Part shown: positions 1 to 9,686 of the stretch, piece by piece
Layout of the letters: every line of letters begins with the position of its first letter
Numbering within the stretch: the stretch's first letter is position 1
Origin: an uncultured delta proteobacterium
GTDB taxonomy: Bacteria; Myxococcota_A; Polyangia; Fen-1088
NCBI GenBank assembly: GCA_963737265.1
Contig: CAVTRY010000011.1
Coordinates: 32,001 to 96,000, forward strand
Direction of reading: 5' to 3'
DNA: 64,000 nucleotides
Translations under genes and position numbers: made by a program
The notes under the pieces: generated by a model
Database searches by the model: none
What the model was told of the DNA's origin: nothing
Seen by the model: only the letters and a program-made list of their open reading frames with translations

Positions 1-1225
1 AAATAGCAACCGATGGACCAGCGAGGAAGCGGCTCGCCCGGATACCATTTGCCCTGTCCGTGGTGGAGCACGCCGCCAGGCGCAAAACGATGGCGCAGTC
101 GGCGCGCCAGGGCGTCGGCCAGGCGAAACTTCGATTCGCCGAGCGCAGCGGTGTTCCATTCCGGCGCATCCGGATCCTTGGCCGAAACGAAGGTCGGCTC
201 GCCGCCCATCGTGAGACGCACGTCTCGTGCTTCCAGGGCGCAATCGACGGCTGCCCCCATGGACGCAATGGCCGACCACGTTTCGTCGCTGTAGGGCTTG
301 GTGCTGCGCGGGGCCTCGGCCACGCGCTTGACGGACATAGTGAACGAAAACGATTCGTTCGAGCTTGTCGTTCTCTCCGCGCTTGTCCCACGCGAACGAG
401 CCGACGATGGGAGCAGCGGAGCTGGGATTCGGGCGTGCACGCGAGCGGAATATGGCCCTCGCCTGCCAGAAGACCGCTGGTGGCGTCGAGTCCGATCCAC
501 CCCGCGCCGGGCAAGAACACCTCGGTCCACGCGTGTAAATCGACCACGTCTTGGGCGACGCCCGCCGGTCCCTCGACCGGCTTTTCATCGGGCTTGAGCT
601 GGACCGAGTAGCCGGAGGCGAAGCGCGTGGCGAAGCCCAAGTGGCGCAACACCTGGCACGAAAGCCACGCGAAGTCGCGGCAAGATCCGCGGCCAACCGT
701 CAAGGTCTTCTCGGGCGCGAGCACGCCAGGCTCCATGCGGATGTCGTAGCGAAGCAGGCGCTGGATGTGCTGGTTGATGTCCACCAGAACGTCCATGGTG
801 CGACGGCCAGACCGGGCGAAGCGGGAACGGCAGGTTCCGACCAGGCCGGCCAGACGCGTCCCAAGCGGCAGCGTATCGAAATACGGGAGAAGCTCGCGGC
901 GTAGGCCAGCCTCGTAGCGAACCGGCAACTTTTCGGCGTCGCCGTCCAAGAAGAAATCGAAGGGGTTGATGGCGATGAGATCCGCCAACAGGTCCACCTC
1001 GACCTCCAAGGACGACGCGGGTTCGGGAAACACCAAACGCGCCTGAAAATTCCCAAACGGATCTTGCTGCCAATTGAGAAAGTGGCGCTCGGGCGCGATA
1101 CGTAGGGAGTAGCCCTCGATGGCCGTACGGGTGTGGGGCGCTGGCCGCAGTCGCACGACGTGCGGAGAGATTGTGACAAGCCGACTGTAGGCATAACGCG
1201 TGGAATGGTGCAGAGAAACTCGCAT
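1..1225 (-). CDS. Transglutaminase-like protein with DUF2126-type C-terminal region, partial (runs off left edge); two apparent +1 frameshifts
   Basis: Hand translation from ATG at 1225: MRVSLHHSTRYAYSRLVTISPHVVRLRPAPH..., catalytic motifs GSCRDFAW, DLHAWTEV, GLDAT, then EGHIPLACTP; conserved continuation (PSSAAPIVGS; TKPYSDETW...VRLTMGGEPTFVS) requires frame changes near 428 and 358. Absent from ORF track because no stop in window. Confidence 0.85.
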   Translation of the reverse strand, partial: MRVSLHHSTRYAYSRLVTISPHVVRLRPAPHTRTAIEGYSLRIAPERHFLNWQQDPFGNFQARLVFPEPASSLEVEVDLLADLIAINPFDFFLDGDAEKLPVRYEAGLRRELLPYFDTLPLGTRLAGLVGTCRSRFARSGRRTMDVLVDINQHIQRLLRYDIRMEPGVLAPEKTLTVGRGSCRDFAWLSCQVLRHLGFATRFASGYSVQLKPDEKPVEGPAGVAQDVVDLHAWTEVFLPGAGWIGLDATSGLLAGEGHIPLACTPESQLRCSHRRLVRVGQARRERQARTNRFRSLCPSSAWPRPRAAPSPTATKRGRPLRPWGQPSIAPWKHETCVSRWAASRPSFRPRIRMRRNGTPLRSANRSFAWPTPWRADCAIVLRLAACSTTDRANGIRASRFLAGPSVAI

Positions 1226-1236
1226 TGTTGATTCTT

Positions 1237-2172
1237 TCAAACCGTCATCAAGAAGTCTTTGTTGAGCTGATTGGACAGGTCGGCAATCCGGCCTGTGACC
1301 TCGGAAAGGAATTCGTGCAAGCCTGCTTCGAGTATTTTGTCCATGCGGGCAAAACGCAGGCGCGCTCGTAGCTCCCCAGCCAGACGCTGTGCCTCGAGGT
1401 CGCGACCGCCGGCCAATTGATCCAAGTCTTGGCAGACTTCATCCGCGCAATAGCGCAAACTACGCGGAAGCTCTGGCCGGAGCGTCAGCAGCTCCGCCAC
1501 ACGCGCGGGTTCGATGACATCGTGAAAGACTTGGTGGTAGGCGCGAAGTGCGCTCACCTGCCTTAGCACTGCACCCCAGGCGTAGTAGATGCTGGCAGGC
1601 CCGGCGTCCGGCTTGTCCGCCAGCACCTCGTACTTGACGTTGAGCACGCGCGCGGTCCCGGCCGCCCGTTCCAAAAACGTTCCCAAGCGAAGGAAGTAGA
1701 ACGAGTCGTCATGCAGCGTCGTGCTGTACGAAACGCCGCGAAACAGGTGCGAACGGTCGCGCACCCATTCGCAGAATTCACGCGACCGGGACTGATCGAG
1801 ACCGTCTGCCTCAAGGCCGCGCATGCCCAGCCACGTCCCGTTGATACTTTCCCACATTTCGGTGGAGATCACCGAGCGCAGGGCACGCGCGTTTTCGCGG
1901 GCGGCCCGCACGCAGAAGAGGATGCTCCCCGGATGGTCCTCAAGGGTGAAGTAGCGTGTGATGGCGTCAGCGTCCGCGTGACCGGCAGCAAGCTCGGGTG
2001 GGCCGCCCAAGACCGCCAGGACGCTTTGCCATTCGTCTTGCCCGCCAGCCAGGGTGGGATCCGTTGCCTGCAGGGAGATACTGCGACTCACCTCCAAGAT
2101 GCGGGCGATATTCTCCGCACGCTCGACGTAGCGTCCGGTCCAATAGAGATTCTCGGCGGTTCGGCTCAGCAT
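1237..2172 (-). CDS. Alpha-E domain protein
   Basis: MLSRTAENLYWTGRYVERAENIAR and second LGTFLERA motif, ARENAR..R..IS.EMW, PRSL; adjacent to CP ATP-grasp. Confidence 0.93.
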   Translation of the reverse strand: MLSRTAENLYWTGRYVERAENIARILEVSRSISLQATDPTLAGGQDEWQSVLAVLGGPPELAAGHADADAITRYFTLEDHPGSILFCVRAARENARALRSVISTEMWESINGTWLGMRGLEADGLDQSRSREFCEWVRDRSHLFRGVSYSTTLHDDSFYFLRLGTFLERAAGTARVLNVKYEVLADKPDAGPASIYYAWGAVLRQVSALRAYHQVFHDVIEPARVAELLTLRPELPRSLRYCADEVCQDLDQLAGGRDLEAQRLAGELRARLRFARMDKILEAGLHEFLSEVTGRIADLSNQLNKDFLMTV

Positions 2173-2206
2173 GGGAGCACCTCGCAAGTATCGGAAGTTC
2201 GGTTGG

Positions 2207-3871
2207 TCACGGCTGCAATACCCAAGTGTCCTTGGTGCCCCCGCCCTGGGACGAATTCACCACGAGAGAGTCCCGCGCAAGCGCCACCCGCGTGAGGCCA
2301 CCCGGAACGACCACGATCCCATCGCGACCCGAAAGCACGAACGGGCGCAGATCGATATGCCTTGGCGCGATCCCTTCCTCGACGAATGTGGGACAGGTCG
2401 AAAGCGCCAGCGTCGGTTGCGCGATGTAACCCTCCGGGTCTCGTTTGATGAGCTCACGGAATTTGGCTTGCTCGTCCTTGGTGCTGTGCGGGCCGATGAG
2501 CATGCCGTAGCCACCCGAGCCCTGCGTTTGCTTGACCACGAGCTCGTCGAGGTGCTCGCACACGTAGGCCCGCTCATCGGCCTTTGAGCAACAGTAGGTG
2601 GGAACATTGGCCAAGATAGGCGTTTCGTCGAGATAGAAGCGGATAAGCTCAGCGACGAAGGGATAGGTCGACTTGTCGTCGGCTACGCCCGTGCCAACCG
2701 CATTGGCCAGTGTGACGCCACCGTTGCGGTAAACGCTGAGCAGGCCAGGGACGCCGAGCACGCTCGATGGTTTGAAGGCGAGCGGATCCAGGCTGTCGTC
2801 ATCGATGCGCCTGTAGATGACATCGACCCGGCGTGGTCCGTGGGTGGTGCGCATCCACACGGCATTGTCGCGCACGAAGAGATCTTGCCCCTCCACAAGG
2901 TCCACCCCCATCTGCTCGGCCAGAAAGGCGTGCTCGAAGTACGCGCTATTGTAGGGCCCTGGCGTTAGCACCACGACAGTCGGGTCGCCATCGACGCTTG
3001 CCGGTGCGAGCGAGCGAAGACTGCGCAGAAGCTCGTGGCAATAGTGGTCCACGGGCGCCACGCGAACCTGCGAGAAGATGTTGGGGAACAGGCGCATCAT
3101 GGCGGCGCGGTTTTGCAGCATGTAGGAAACGCCCGAGGGCGTGCGCAGATTGTCCTCGAGGACATAGAACTGGTCTTCATTTACCCGAACGAGATCGATG
3201 CCTGCAATATGGACATAGACATCGCCGGGCACATCCACGTCGCGCATTTCGGGACGGAAGAGGGTGTTGCGCAGAAGGTGCGACTTTGGAACGACACCCG
3301 CGCGCACAATGTCCTGATCGTGGTAGATGTCGCGCAGGAACATGTTCAGCGCCTTCACTCGCTGTTTCAGTCCGGCGGCGACCTTGTCCCATTCTTTCGC
3401 CGACAGGACCCGCGGGATGATGTCGAATGGGATGAGGCGTTCGGTGCCGGCGCTGTCACCGTAGACGTTGAAGGTAATACCGATGCGCTGGAACATGAGG
3501 TCGGCATCCCTGCGTTTCTGCGCAAACACGCTCGATTCGGTGGATTTCAGCCAACCCGAAATGTCCCGGTAGGAAGAGCGCACCTCGGAGTCGCTTCGGG
3601 TCTCCCAGTCCGCCGCAAATGTCCCCGGCGAACCCGGACCGCACATTTCGTCAAAGGCCGTTATCGCATGGACCTCGGGTGCGACCGGCTCGCCTTCGAC
3701 TAGGACCGTCTCCACCGGGAAAGGCTTCCTCTCGCACTCGTCAGACGACGCGTCGAGTGCGTCTGCCGTCCTCGCATCGACTACCTTGTCGGGTGGTTCC
3801 GAGCCTTGAAATCTACGCCCTGTCGCTTGGCATTTCTTCCGGTACGTATCTTCTGTCGCCGCTGTCGTCAT
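2207..3871 (-). CDS. Circularly permuted type 2 ATP-grasp protein
   Basis: GITFNVY, IPFDIIPR, VLEDNLRTPSGVSY, SAYFEH, VIYRRIDD, GSGGYG, GGLTRVAL, VVNSSQGGGTKDTWV; GGAGGA RBS before ATG 3871. Confidence 0.95.
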   Translation of the reverse strand: MTTAATEDTYRKKCQATGRRFQGSEPPDKVVDARTADALDASSDECERKPFPVETVLVEGEPVAPEVHAITAFDEMCGPGSPGTFAADWETRSDSEVRSSYRDISGWLKSTESSVFAQKRRDADLMFQRIGITFNVYGDSAGTERLIPFDIIPRVLSAKEWDKVAAGLKQRVKALNMFLRDIYHDQDIVRAGVVPKSHLLRNTLFRPEMRDVDVPGDVYVHIAGIDLVRVNEDQFYVLEDNLRTPSGVSYMLQNRAAMMRLFPNIFSQVRVAPVDHYCHELLRSLRSLAPASVDGDPTVVVLTPGPYNSAYFEHAFLAEQMGVDLVEGQDLFVRDNAVWMRTTHGPRRVDVIYRRIDDDSLDPLAFKPSSVLGVPGLLSVYRNGGVTLANAVGTGVADDKSTYPFVAELIRFYLDETPILANVPTYCCSKADERAYVCEHLDELVVKQTQGSGGYGMLIGPHSTKDEQAKFRELIKRDPEGYIAQPTLALSTCPTFVEEGIAPRHIDLRPFVLSGRDGIVVVPGGLTRVALARDSLVVNSSQGGGTKDTWVLQP

Positions 3872-3940
3872 AGTTCCTCCAATCGATGCGATTTCTCGAT
3901 GCGATTATGAGCTGGCTCGCCAACCGCCAAACACCATGGG

Positions 3941-4933
3941 CTACCGATGGATCGCCCGTTCAGGGACTTCGCGCTGCCTCGCTTCGGCGCGAAACCGTCT
4001 GCGCATCTCGGCGCGGGTAATGCCGTGTTGGCGTTGGTAGATGCGAGCCAGGAGCCTTTCGAGGTCAAGCGGATCGCTCAGCGAATTCATGACCTGCTGG
4101 GGGGTGCGCCAGGCGTTCCACCCCGAGCCGTGCACCGGAATGACTCCCAAGTCCTTTGTCCCGTGCCACAAGGCCCCCTCGTGTATCGTCGCCGGCATGC
4201 GCCCAAAGGCGGCTCCAACTGAATCTGGAGACACCATGTTCCCAGCCCACAAGTCCTCGACGATCGCGGTCCGGATCGGTAGCTTGCGCCGAGCAAGTTT
4301 CCAAAGGTCAGCGGCTCTCGCGGTGAACGCGCAGGTGTCCCAAAGAGCGCCGCAGGACTTCAGCCGCCGGGCTTCCGACGGCGAGGCGCGATCGACCAGC
4401 CTGCGGACAGATAGGAGCCTGCCATCAAGTCCTCCTCCAGGAACGACGATCCGCTCGCCATTTCCCACTCCGGTCATTTCCGCACCGGCGATGATGATTG
4501 GGCTTGCGGCCAAAGCCAGGCCAACTGCGACCAACGAGCCTGCCAGCACGCTGGCCCCAGAAACATAATGGTAGGCTGGCGCCACGACTACGGCGGCCTC
4601 GGGATCGCGCACCACGACACGTCCCAAAGCGAACAGCAAGTCCACCGAGGGGCCACGGTTGAGCGGACGAGACAGGATTGCGATGCCACGCCACCGGCGG
4701 AGCTGGGTGCGAGCAAGCTCCTCATACTTCGTCGAGACGACGACGGCGATGCGCTCCCGCGGCACGAGCTCGGCGTACGACGCTACTGTCTGCTGTAGCA
4801 GCGATCCGTCACCCGCGATGAGCGCGAACTGCTTGGGCACCGCCTGGCCCGATAGTGCGCTCGTGAGCGGGAAGAGCCTTGAGTCTTCCTCTCCAGCTTG
4901 AACGATGACGTGCAGATCTCCCGCGGTGAACAT
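3941..4933 (-). CDS. Mannose-1-phosphate guanylyltransferase-like (NTP transferase fold) protein with degenerate active-site motifs
   Basis: VIVQAGEEDSRLFPLT...PKQF...SLLQQTV, RPLNRGP, GALWDT, GWNAWRTP parallel the GMP family; AAGGAG RBS before ATG 4933. Confidence 0.7.
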   Translation of the reverse strand: MFTAGDLHVIVQAGEEDSRLFPLTSALSGQAVPKQFALIAGDGSLLQQTVASYAELVPRERIAVVVSTKYEELARTQLRRWRGIAILSRPLNRGPSVDLLFALGRVVVRDPEAAVVVAPAYHYVSGASVLAGSLVAVGLALAASPIIIAGAEMTGVGNGERIVVPGGGLDGRLLSVRRLVDRASPSEARRLKSCGALWDTCAFTARAADLWKLARRKLPIRTAIVEDLWAGNMVSPDSVGAAFGRMPATIHEGALWHGTKDLGVIPVHGSGWNAWRTPQQVMNSLSDPLDLERLLARIYQRQHGITRAEMRRRFRAEARQREVPERAIHR

Positions 4934-5001
4934 GAGGACGCTCCTTTTCCTTGGGCCCTGAATCGACGCCATCGCAATGCAAGCCGGGGACCAGCAACCC
5001 A

Positions 5002-5025
5002 AGGCTTCAGGCTCCAGGCTTCAGG
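5002..5025 (+). repeat. Heptamer tandem repeat (AGGCTYC)x3
   Basis: AGGCTTC AGGCTCC AGGCTTC AGG in intergenic DNA. Confidence 0.75.
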
Positions 5026-5137
5026 TTGTCTGGTCGAGAGCGGGGAACTCCATGGCCCGAAGGAGATCGCCCCGTCGTGCAGCAAGGGGGGCGCGGTCTT
5101 CGGCGCCACGCATTGATGGGAACCTTGGAAACAAAAT

Positions 5138-5153
5138 TGGCACGCCGCTGGCA
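5138..5153 (+). promoter_or_regulatory. Putative sigma54 (-24/-12) promoter for transglutaminase gene
   Basis: TGGCACGCCGCTGGCA, correct GG-N10-GC spacing, 31 nt before ATG 5185. Confidence 0.6.
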
Positions 5154-5184
5154 TTGCTCCCATGGCAGCCAAGGGGGATCCAAC

Positions 5185-6099
5185 ATGCGTCTATCGATTA
5201 TTCACGAGACGAAATACCGCTATGCCACGCCAGCCGACTACACCATCCAGTACCTCCGGCTATCGCCGCAAACGACGCCTCAGCAGAAAGTGCTGAGTTG
5301 GAGCTTGGACCTACCAAGGCCGGCATCGCCCTTTTGCGACGGGTTCGGCAACGCCTCCCACGTTCTCGTCATCGACAAGCCTCATCACGAGATCTGCATT
5401 CGCGCGCGCGGCGAGGTCGAGGTCGAAGACTCGCCGCTCAGCCTGCCGGATATCGGACCGCTCGGCCCCGATGTCTACACGCGGTTTACGGCACTCACCG
5501 CTCAGGATGAGGCGCTTAGTCGCTTCGCGGAGACCTTTCGCCGCCAAACCACGAACAATCGCGCGGCTGGGGTCGAGGCGTTGATGTTGGCCGTGCGCGC
5601 GGAAATGGACTACCGGCCTGGCATCACTCAAGTAGGCACGACGGCGGCGCAGGCCTTTACCAAACACGCTGGCGTCTGCCAGGATCACGCGCATGTGTTC
5701 GTATCCTGTTGCCGGAGACTGAACATTCCCGCCCGCTACGTAAGTGGCTACCTCGCGCCCAAAAACAGGCCGGCGGCGAATCTCGGCCATCGGACGACAC
5801 TGGCTAGCCACGCCTGGGCCGAGGCCTGGATTGAAGGCCTGGGTTGGCAGGGGTTCGACGTGGCCAACCACACACGTGCTCACGGTCGCCACGTGCGCGT
5901 GGCCGTCGGACTCGACTATCTAGACGCGTGTCCCGTGCGCGGCTTTCACCGCGGCGGCAAGGGCGAATCTCTGGATGTGGAAGTCCAAGTGAACGAAATC
6001 GCGTGCCAGCAAGAGATCCATGCCGTGAAGCCTGCCCGCAGCCCGGAACGACAACAGCAGTATCAACGGCAGCAGCAGCAGCTTCAGCAGCAAGTGTAG
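5185..6099 (+). CDS. Transglutaminase family protein with Gln-rich C-terminal tail
   Basis: MRLSIIHETKYRY N-terminal domain; GVCQDHAH, ARYVSGY, HAWAE, FDVAN, VGLDYLDACPVRG; tail QQQYQRQQQQLQQQV. Confidence 0.93.
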   Translation: MRLSIIHETKYRYATPADYTIQYLRLSPQTTPQQKVLSWSLDLPRPASPFCDGFGNASHVLVIDKPHHEICIRARGEVEVEDSPLSLPDIGPLGPDVYTRFTALTAQDEALSRFAETFRRQTTNNRAAGVEALMLAVRAEMDYRPGITQVGTTAAQAFTKHAGVCQDHAHVFVSCCRRLNIPARYVSGYLAPKNRPAANLGHRTTLASHAWAEAWIEGLGWQGFDVANHTRAHGRHVRVAVGLDYLDACPVRGFHRGGKGESLDVEVQVNEIACQQEIHAVKPARSPERQQQYQRQQQQLQQQV

Positions 6100-6406
6100 G
6101 TCGACACTTCCCGAGAACAGAAGCAAGGTTTCCACCGCGTAACTTCCCAGATCTAATTTGGACAACATGGCGCCGAGTTCAGCTCGATCCAACAGCAGCT
6201 CGGCGTTACCAAATTGGACGTGCCCCCGTCCAAAAGACACCGAACGGTAGCGCTCAAGCCCGCTCTTGAGTCGGCGGAGCCAGGTAGTTCACGCAGGTTC
6301 GTGTAGCTTAGCTTATTTTAGCATGCCGATCTGTTTGGCTGCGAGGTTGGGGAATCCATAGCTAGAGACACAACTAGGGTATCCAGGTCGTTAACCCCGG
6401 AAATGG

Positions 6407-9400
6407 TTGCGCTGCGCCTGCTGGCCTTGTGTTAAACGTCTCTTGATGGCTCCGAAAGGACACCAGGCTCTTGGAATGGGGCAGCCACCGGTGACCCGCC
6501 CGCGGGGCATGTCGTCCAGCATGGTTCTGGCCCTTGTGGTCTTGGCGCTCGTCCTCACTAGCGGCCTCGCCGTCTTCAACGTGCGCCGCGTGATGACGAC
6601 CGAGGGCCGGGTCGCGCACACGCACGAGGTTCTGGAGAGCCTCGAATCGCTGGTGTCCACGTTGAATGACGCTGAGACCGGTCAGCGCGGCTACCTCATC
6701 ACCGGCGTACCAGCCTACCTCGAGCCCTACAGCACAGCCGTGGCCTCTGTCCACGAGCGCATCAATCATCTGGCAGCGCTCACGCAAGACAACCCCGAGC
6801 AGCGGCAACGAGTCGAGGCCATGCGCCCGCTCGTGGCGGACAAGCTCGCGGTGTTGAAGCGAACGCTTGAGGTTCGCAAGCAGGCGCAGAACCCAGTGCA
6901 GGGCGCCGAGGCTGCCCGCGCGGTCGTGATGACCGGCGAGGGCAAGCGAGTCATGGACGAAATTGGGCGAAGGGTTGCCGGGATGGCGGCGATCGAGCAC
7001 CAGCTCGTCGACAAGCGCAGGCGGGAGTCGACGGCAGCGCTCGGGACGGGGATTGCCAGCAGCCTGCTTGGATTTGCCATCAGCCTGGGCCTGGTATTGG
7101 CGGCCGCCCGCTCGAACCGCCGCCGGCTGAAGGATCAGCAACGCGCGGCCGAGGCGCTGGCAGCCGAGGCCTCTCGCCTGCAAACAACCCTGACCAGCAT
7201 CGGGGACGCGGTCATCGTCACCGATCTTGACGGCCGGATTACGCTGCTCAATGAGGTGGCCAAGAGCCTGGTGGGCTGCGGCCAGGGTGTCGAGGGCCGA
7301 CCGCTGGAAGAGGTGTTCCACGTCGTCAACGAGCAGACACGACGGCCGGTCGAAAGCCCGGTTTCCAAGGTGCTGCGCATGGGCGTAGTCTCGGGGCTTG
7401 CCAACCACACCGTCCTGCTCTCGCGAAACGGAAGCGAGATCGCCATCGACGACAGCGGCGCGCCGATCCGGGATTCGCAGGGGCGCACCATCGGAGTCGT
7501 CCTGGTGTTCCGCGACGTTCGAGAACGCAGAAAGGCCGAAAACGAGCTTCTGACCGCCAAGCAGGGTTTGGAGTCCTTGCTCGACAATTCCCCATTGGGG
7601 GTCATCCAATGGTCCACTACCGATTGCCTGATCGAGCGCTGGTCGGACGAGGCGACGAAGACCTTTGGTTGGACCGCCCATGAGGCAGTCGGCAAACGCA
7701 TCGACGAGTTGAGTTGGATCTACCCGGACGACCGGCCCCGCGTGGATGGCGTGATTGCGGACATGCTCAGCGGCAAGCGCCCGCGCAACGTGACCAAGAA
7801 CCGAAACGTTCGCAAAGACGGCTCGGTCATCGAGTGCGAGTGGTACAACTCGACCCTCCGCGATCCCCCGGGCAAAGGCTCAGTCTTGTCCCTCGTGTTC
7901 GACGTGACGGAGCGCAAGCGGGCCGAGACGGAGTTGCGCGAACAAGCCGCCGCTCTCGAGGCTGCGCTCGGGTCACGAGCGAAGGTTGCCCGCCTGTACG
8001 AGGTCCTAAGTCGGGTCAACGAGGCCATCGTCCGCTGCCGGGCGGAGCAAGAGCTGCACGAACAGGTGTGCAGCATTCTCGTGGAAGTGGGCGGCTATCC
8101 CTTGGCCTGGATTGGCCTGGTTCGGGAAGCGCGGGTCGTGCCAACGGTGGTCCGCGGTCCGGCCGCGGACTACGCGCGCGAAATCATGGTGACCCTGGAT
8201 GGCGAGCTCGGCAAGGGACCCACGGGGACATCGATTCGGGAAGGACGTCCGGTTGTGACTCAGGACTTCCTGACCGACGCGAAGATGAGTCCCTGGCGCG
8301 AACGGGCCGCAAGCCATGGCTTTCGCTCGTCGGCGGCGCTGCCGCTTCGGCGCGGCGGCGTCGTCGTGGGCGCGCTCACCCTGTATGCGCGCGAGCCCGA
8401 CGCCTTCGATGCCGAGCACACCAGCCTTCTCGATGCCCTGGTTGCCGACCTGTCGTATGCCCAGGATGCCATGGAGGACGAACGCCTGCGCGCGCTGGCC
8501 GAGGAATCCCTGGCCAGGAGCGAGGCCCAGTTGCGCGAGGCCGACGAGCGCAAGAGTCAGTTTCTGGCCATGCTCTCGCACGAGCTGCGCAATCCCCTAA
8601 CACCTATCAAGAACAGCTTGCACATCCTAAACCGCGTGGCGCCGAACGGCGAGCAAGCGCTACGAGCCAAGGCCGTCATCGAACGCCAGGTCGACCAGCT
8701 TGCTCGCCTGGTGGACGATCTGCTCGACGTGACCCGCCTTACCCGGGGTAAGTTTCGGCTCGAGCGCGCCCGACTCGATCTCGTGGACGCCGTTCGTCGC
8801 ACTGCCGAGGATCACAGACCCCTGCTCGCCGGCGCAGGAATCGACTTCGAGGTCGTGCTTGCCGCCCATCCACTGTGGATCCATGGCGATGCTGCCAGGC
8901 TGGTCCAAGTGGTGGGCAACCTGCTAAGCAATGCGGCGAAATTCACCCCCAAAGGCGGCAAGGTCACCTTGAGCGTTGGCGAAGCATGCGCAGAATTCGC
9001 CAGGCTCTGCGTGCGCGACACGGGGGTTGGCATTGCCAAGGAATTGCTGCCCCATCTGTTCGAGCCGTTCATGCAGGCCGAGAGCACCCTCGACCGCAGC
9101 AAGGGCGGGCTCGGACTTGGGCTTGCGCTGGTGAAGGGCGTGGTCGAGATGCACGGCGGAACGGTCGAGCCGCACAGCGATGGAGCGGGGTGCGGGGCCG
9201 AGTTCATCGTCAGGCTGCCGACGGAGACGGGGCCGCGACCGTCGTTGGCCGAGGGCAAGACAGTCAAAGCCCCGGAGCAGTCTCGCCGGGTGCTGGTGGT
9301 CGAGGACAACGTCGATGCCGCGACCAGCCTGAGGGACGTTTTGGTGCTGTGCGGGCATGAGGTCGAGCTTGCCTGCGACGGATACGATGGCGTGGAGAAA

Positions 9401-9679
9401 GCCCGGGAGTTTCGGCCCGACGTCGTCATCTGCGACATCGGCCTTCCCAAGATGGATGGCTACGGAGTGGCCAAGGCATTGCGCGCGGACGCGAACCTGC
9501 GCTCGGTACATCTGGTAGCCTTGAGTGGCTATGCTCAGCCCGAGGATCTGCAGCGCTCCTTCGCCGCCGGCTTCGACGCACACCTGGCCAAGCCGGCGAG
9601 CGCCGAGGACATCGAGTCGGTCGTGGCTGGGTCTGCGGAAAATTCCGCAACCAAGCATGCACGCAAACGGCTAATCTAA
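6407..9679 (+). CDS. Hybrid sensor histidine kinase (CHASE3-PAS-PAS-GAF-HisKA-HATPase-REC); true start probably 6476-6521
   Basis: DAETGQRGYLITG (CHASE3) between two TM helices, PAS motifs, GAF, SHELRNPL, GNLLSNAAKF, DTGVGI, GLGLGL, receiver VVEDN...CDIGLPKMDG...AKP. Confidence 0.93.
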   Translation: MRCACWPCVKRLLMAPKGHQALGMGQPPVTRPRGMSSSMVLALVVLALVLTSGLAVFNVRRVMTTEGRVAHTHEVLESLESLVSTLNDAETGQRGYLITGVPAYLEPYSTAVASVHERINHLAALTQDNPEQRQRVEAMRPLVADKLAVLKRTLEVRKQAQNPVQGAEAARAVVMTGEGKRVMDEIGRRVAGMAAIEHQLVDKRRRESTAALGTGIASSLLGFAISLGLVLAAARSNRRRLKDQQRAAEALAAEASRLQTTLTSIGDAVIVTDLDGRITLLNEVAKSLVGCGQGVEGRPLEEVFHVVNEQTRRPVESPVSKVLRMGVVSGLANHTVLLSRNGSEIAIDDSGAPIRDSQGRTIGVVLVFRDVRERRKAENELLTAKQGLESLLDNSPLGVIQWSTTDCLIERWSDEATKTFGWTAHEAVGKRIDELSWIYPDDRPRVDGVIADMLSGKRPRNVTKNRNVRKDGSVIECEWYNSTLRDPPGKGSVLSLVFDVTERKRAETELREQAAALEAALGSRAKVARLYEVLSRVNEAIVRCRAEQELHEQVCSILVEVGGYPLAWIGLVREARVVPTVVRGPAADYAREIMVTLDGELGKGPTGTSIREGRPVVTQDFLTDAKMSPWRERAASHGFRSSAALPLRRGGVVVGALTLYAREPDAFDAEHTSLLDALVADLSYAQDAMEDERLRALAEESLARSEAQLREADERKSQFLAMLSHELRNPLTPIKNSLHILNRVAPNGEQALRAKAVIERQVDQLARLVDDLLDVTRLTRGKFRLERARLDLVDAVRRTAEDHRPLLAGAGIDFEVVLAAHPLWIHGDAARLVQVVGNLLSNAAKFTPKGGKVTLSVGEACAEFARLCVRDTGVGIAKELLPHLFEPFMQAESTLDRSKGGLGLGLALVKGVVEMHGGTVEPHSDGAGCGAEFIVRLPTETGPRPSLAEGKTVKAPEQSRRVLVVEDNVDAATSLRDVLVLCGHEVELACDGYDGVEKAREFRPDVVICDIGLPKMDGYGVAKALRADANLRSVHLVALSGYAQPEDLQRSFAAGFDAHLAKPASAEDIESVVAGSAENSATKHARKRLI

Positions 9680-9686
9680 ATCCAGC

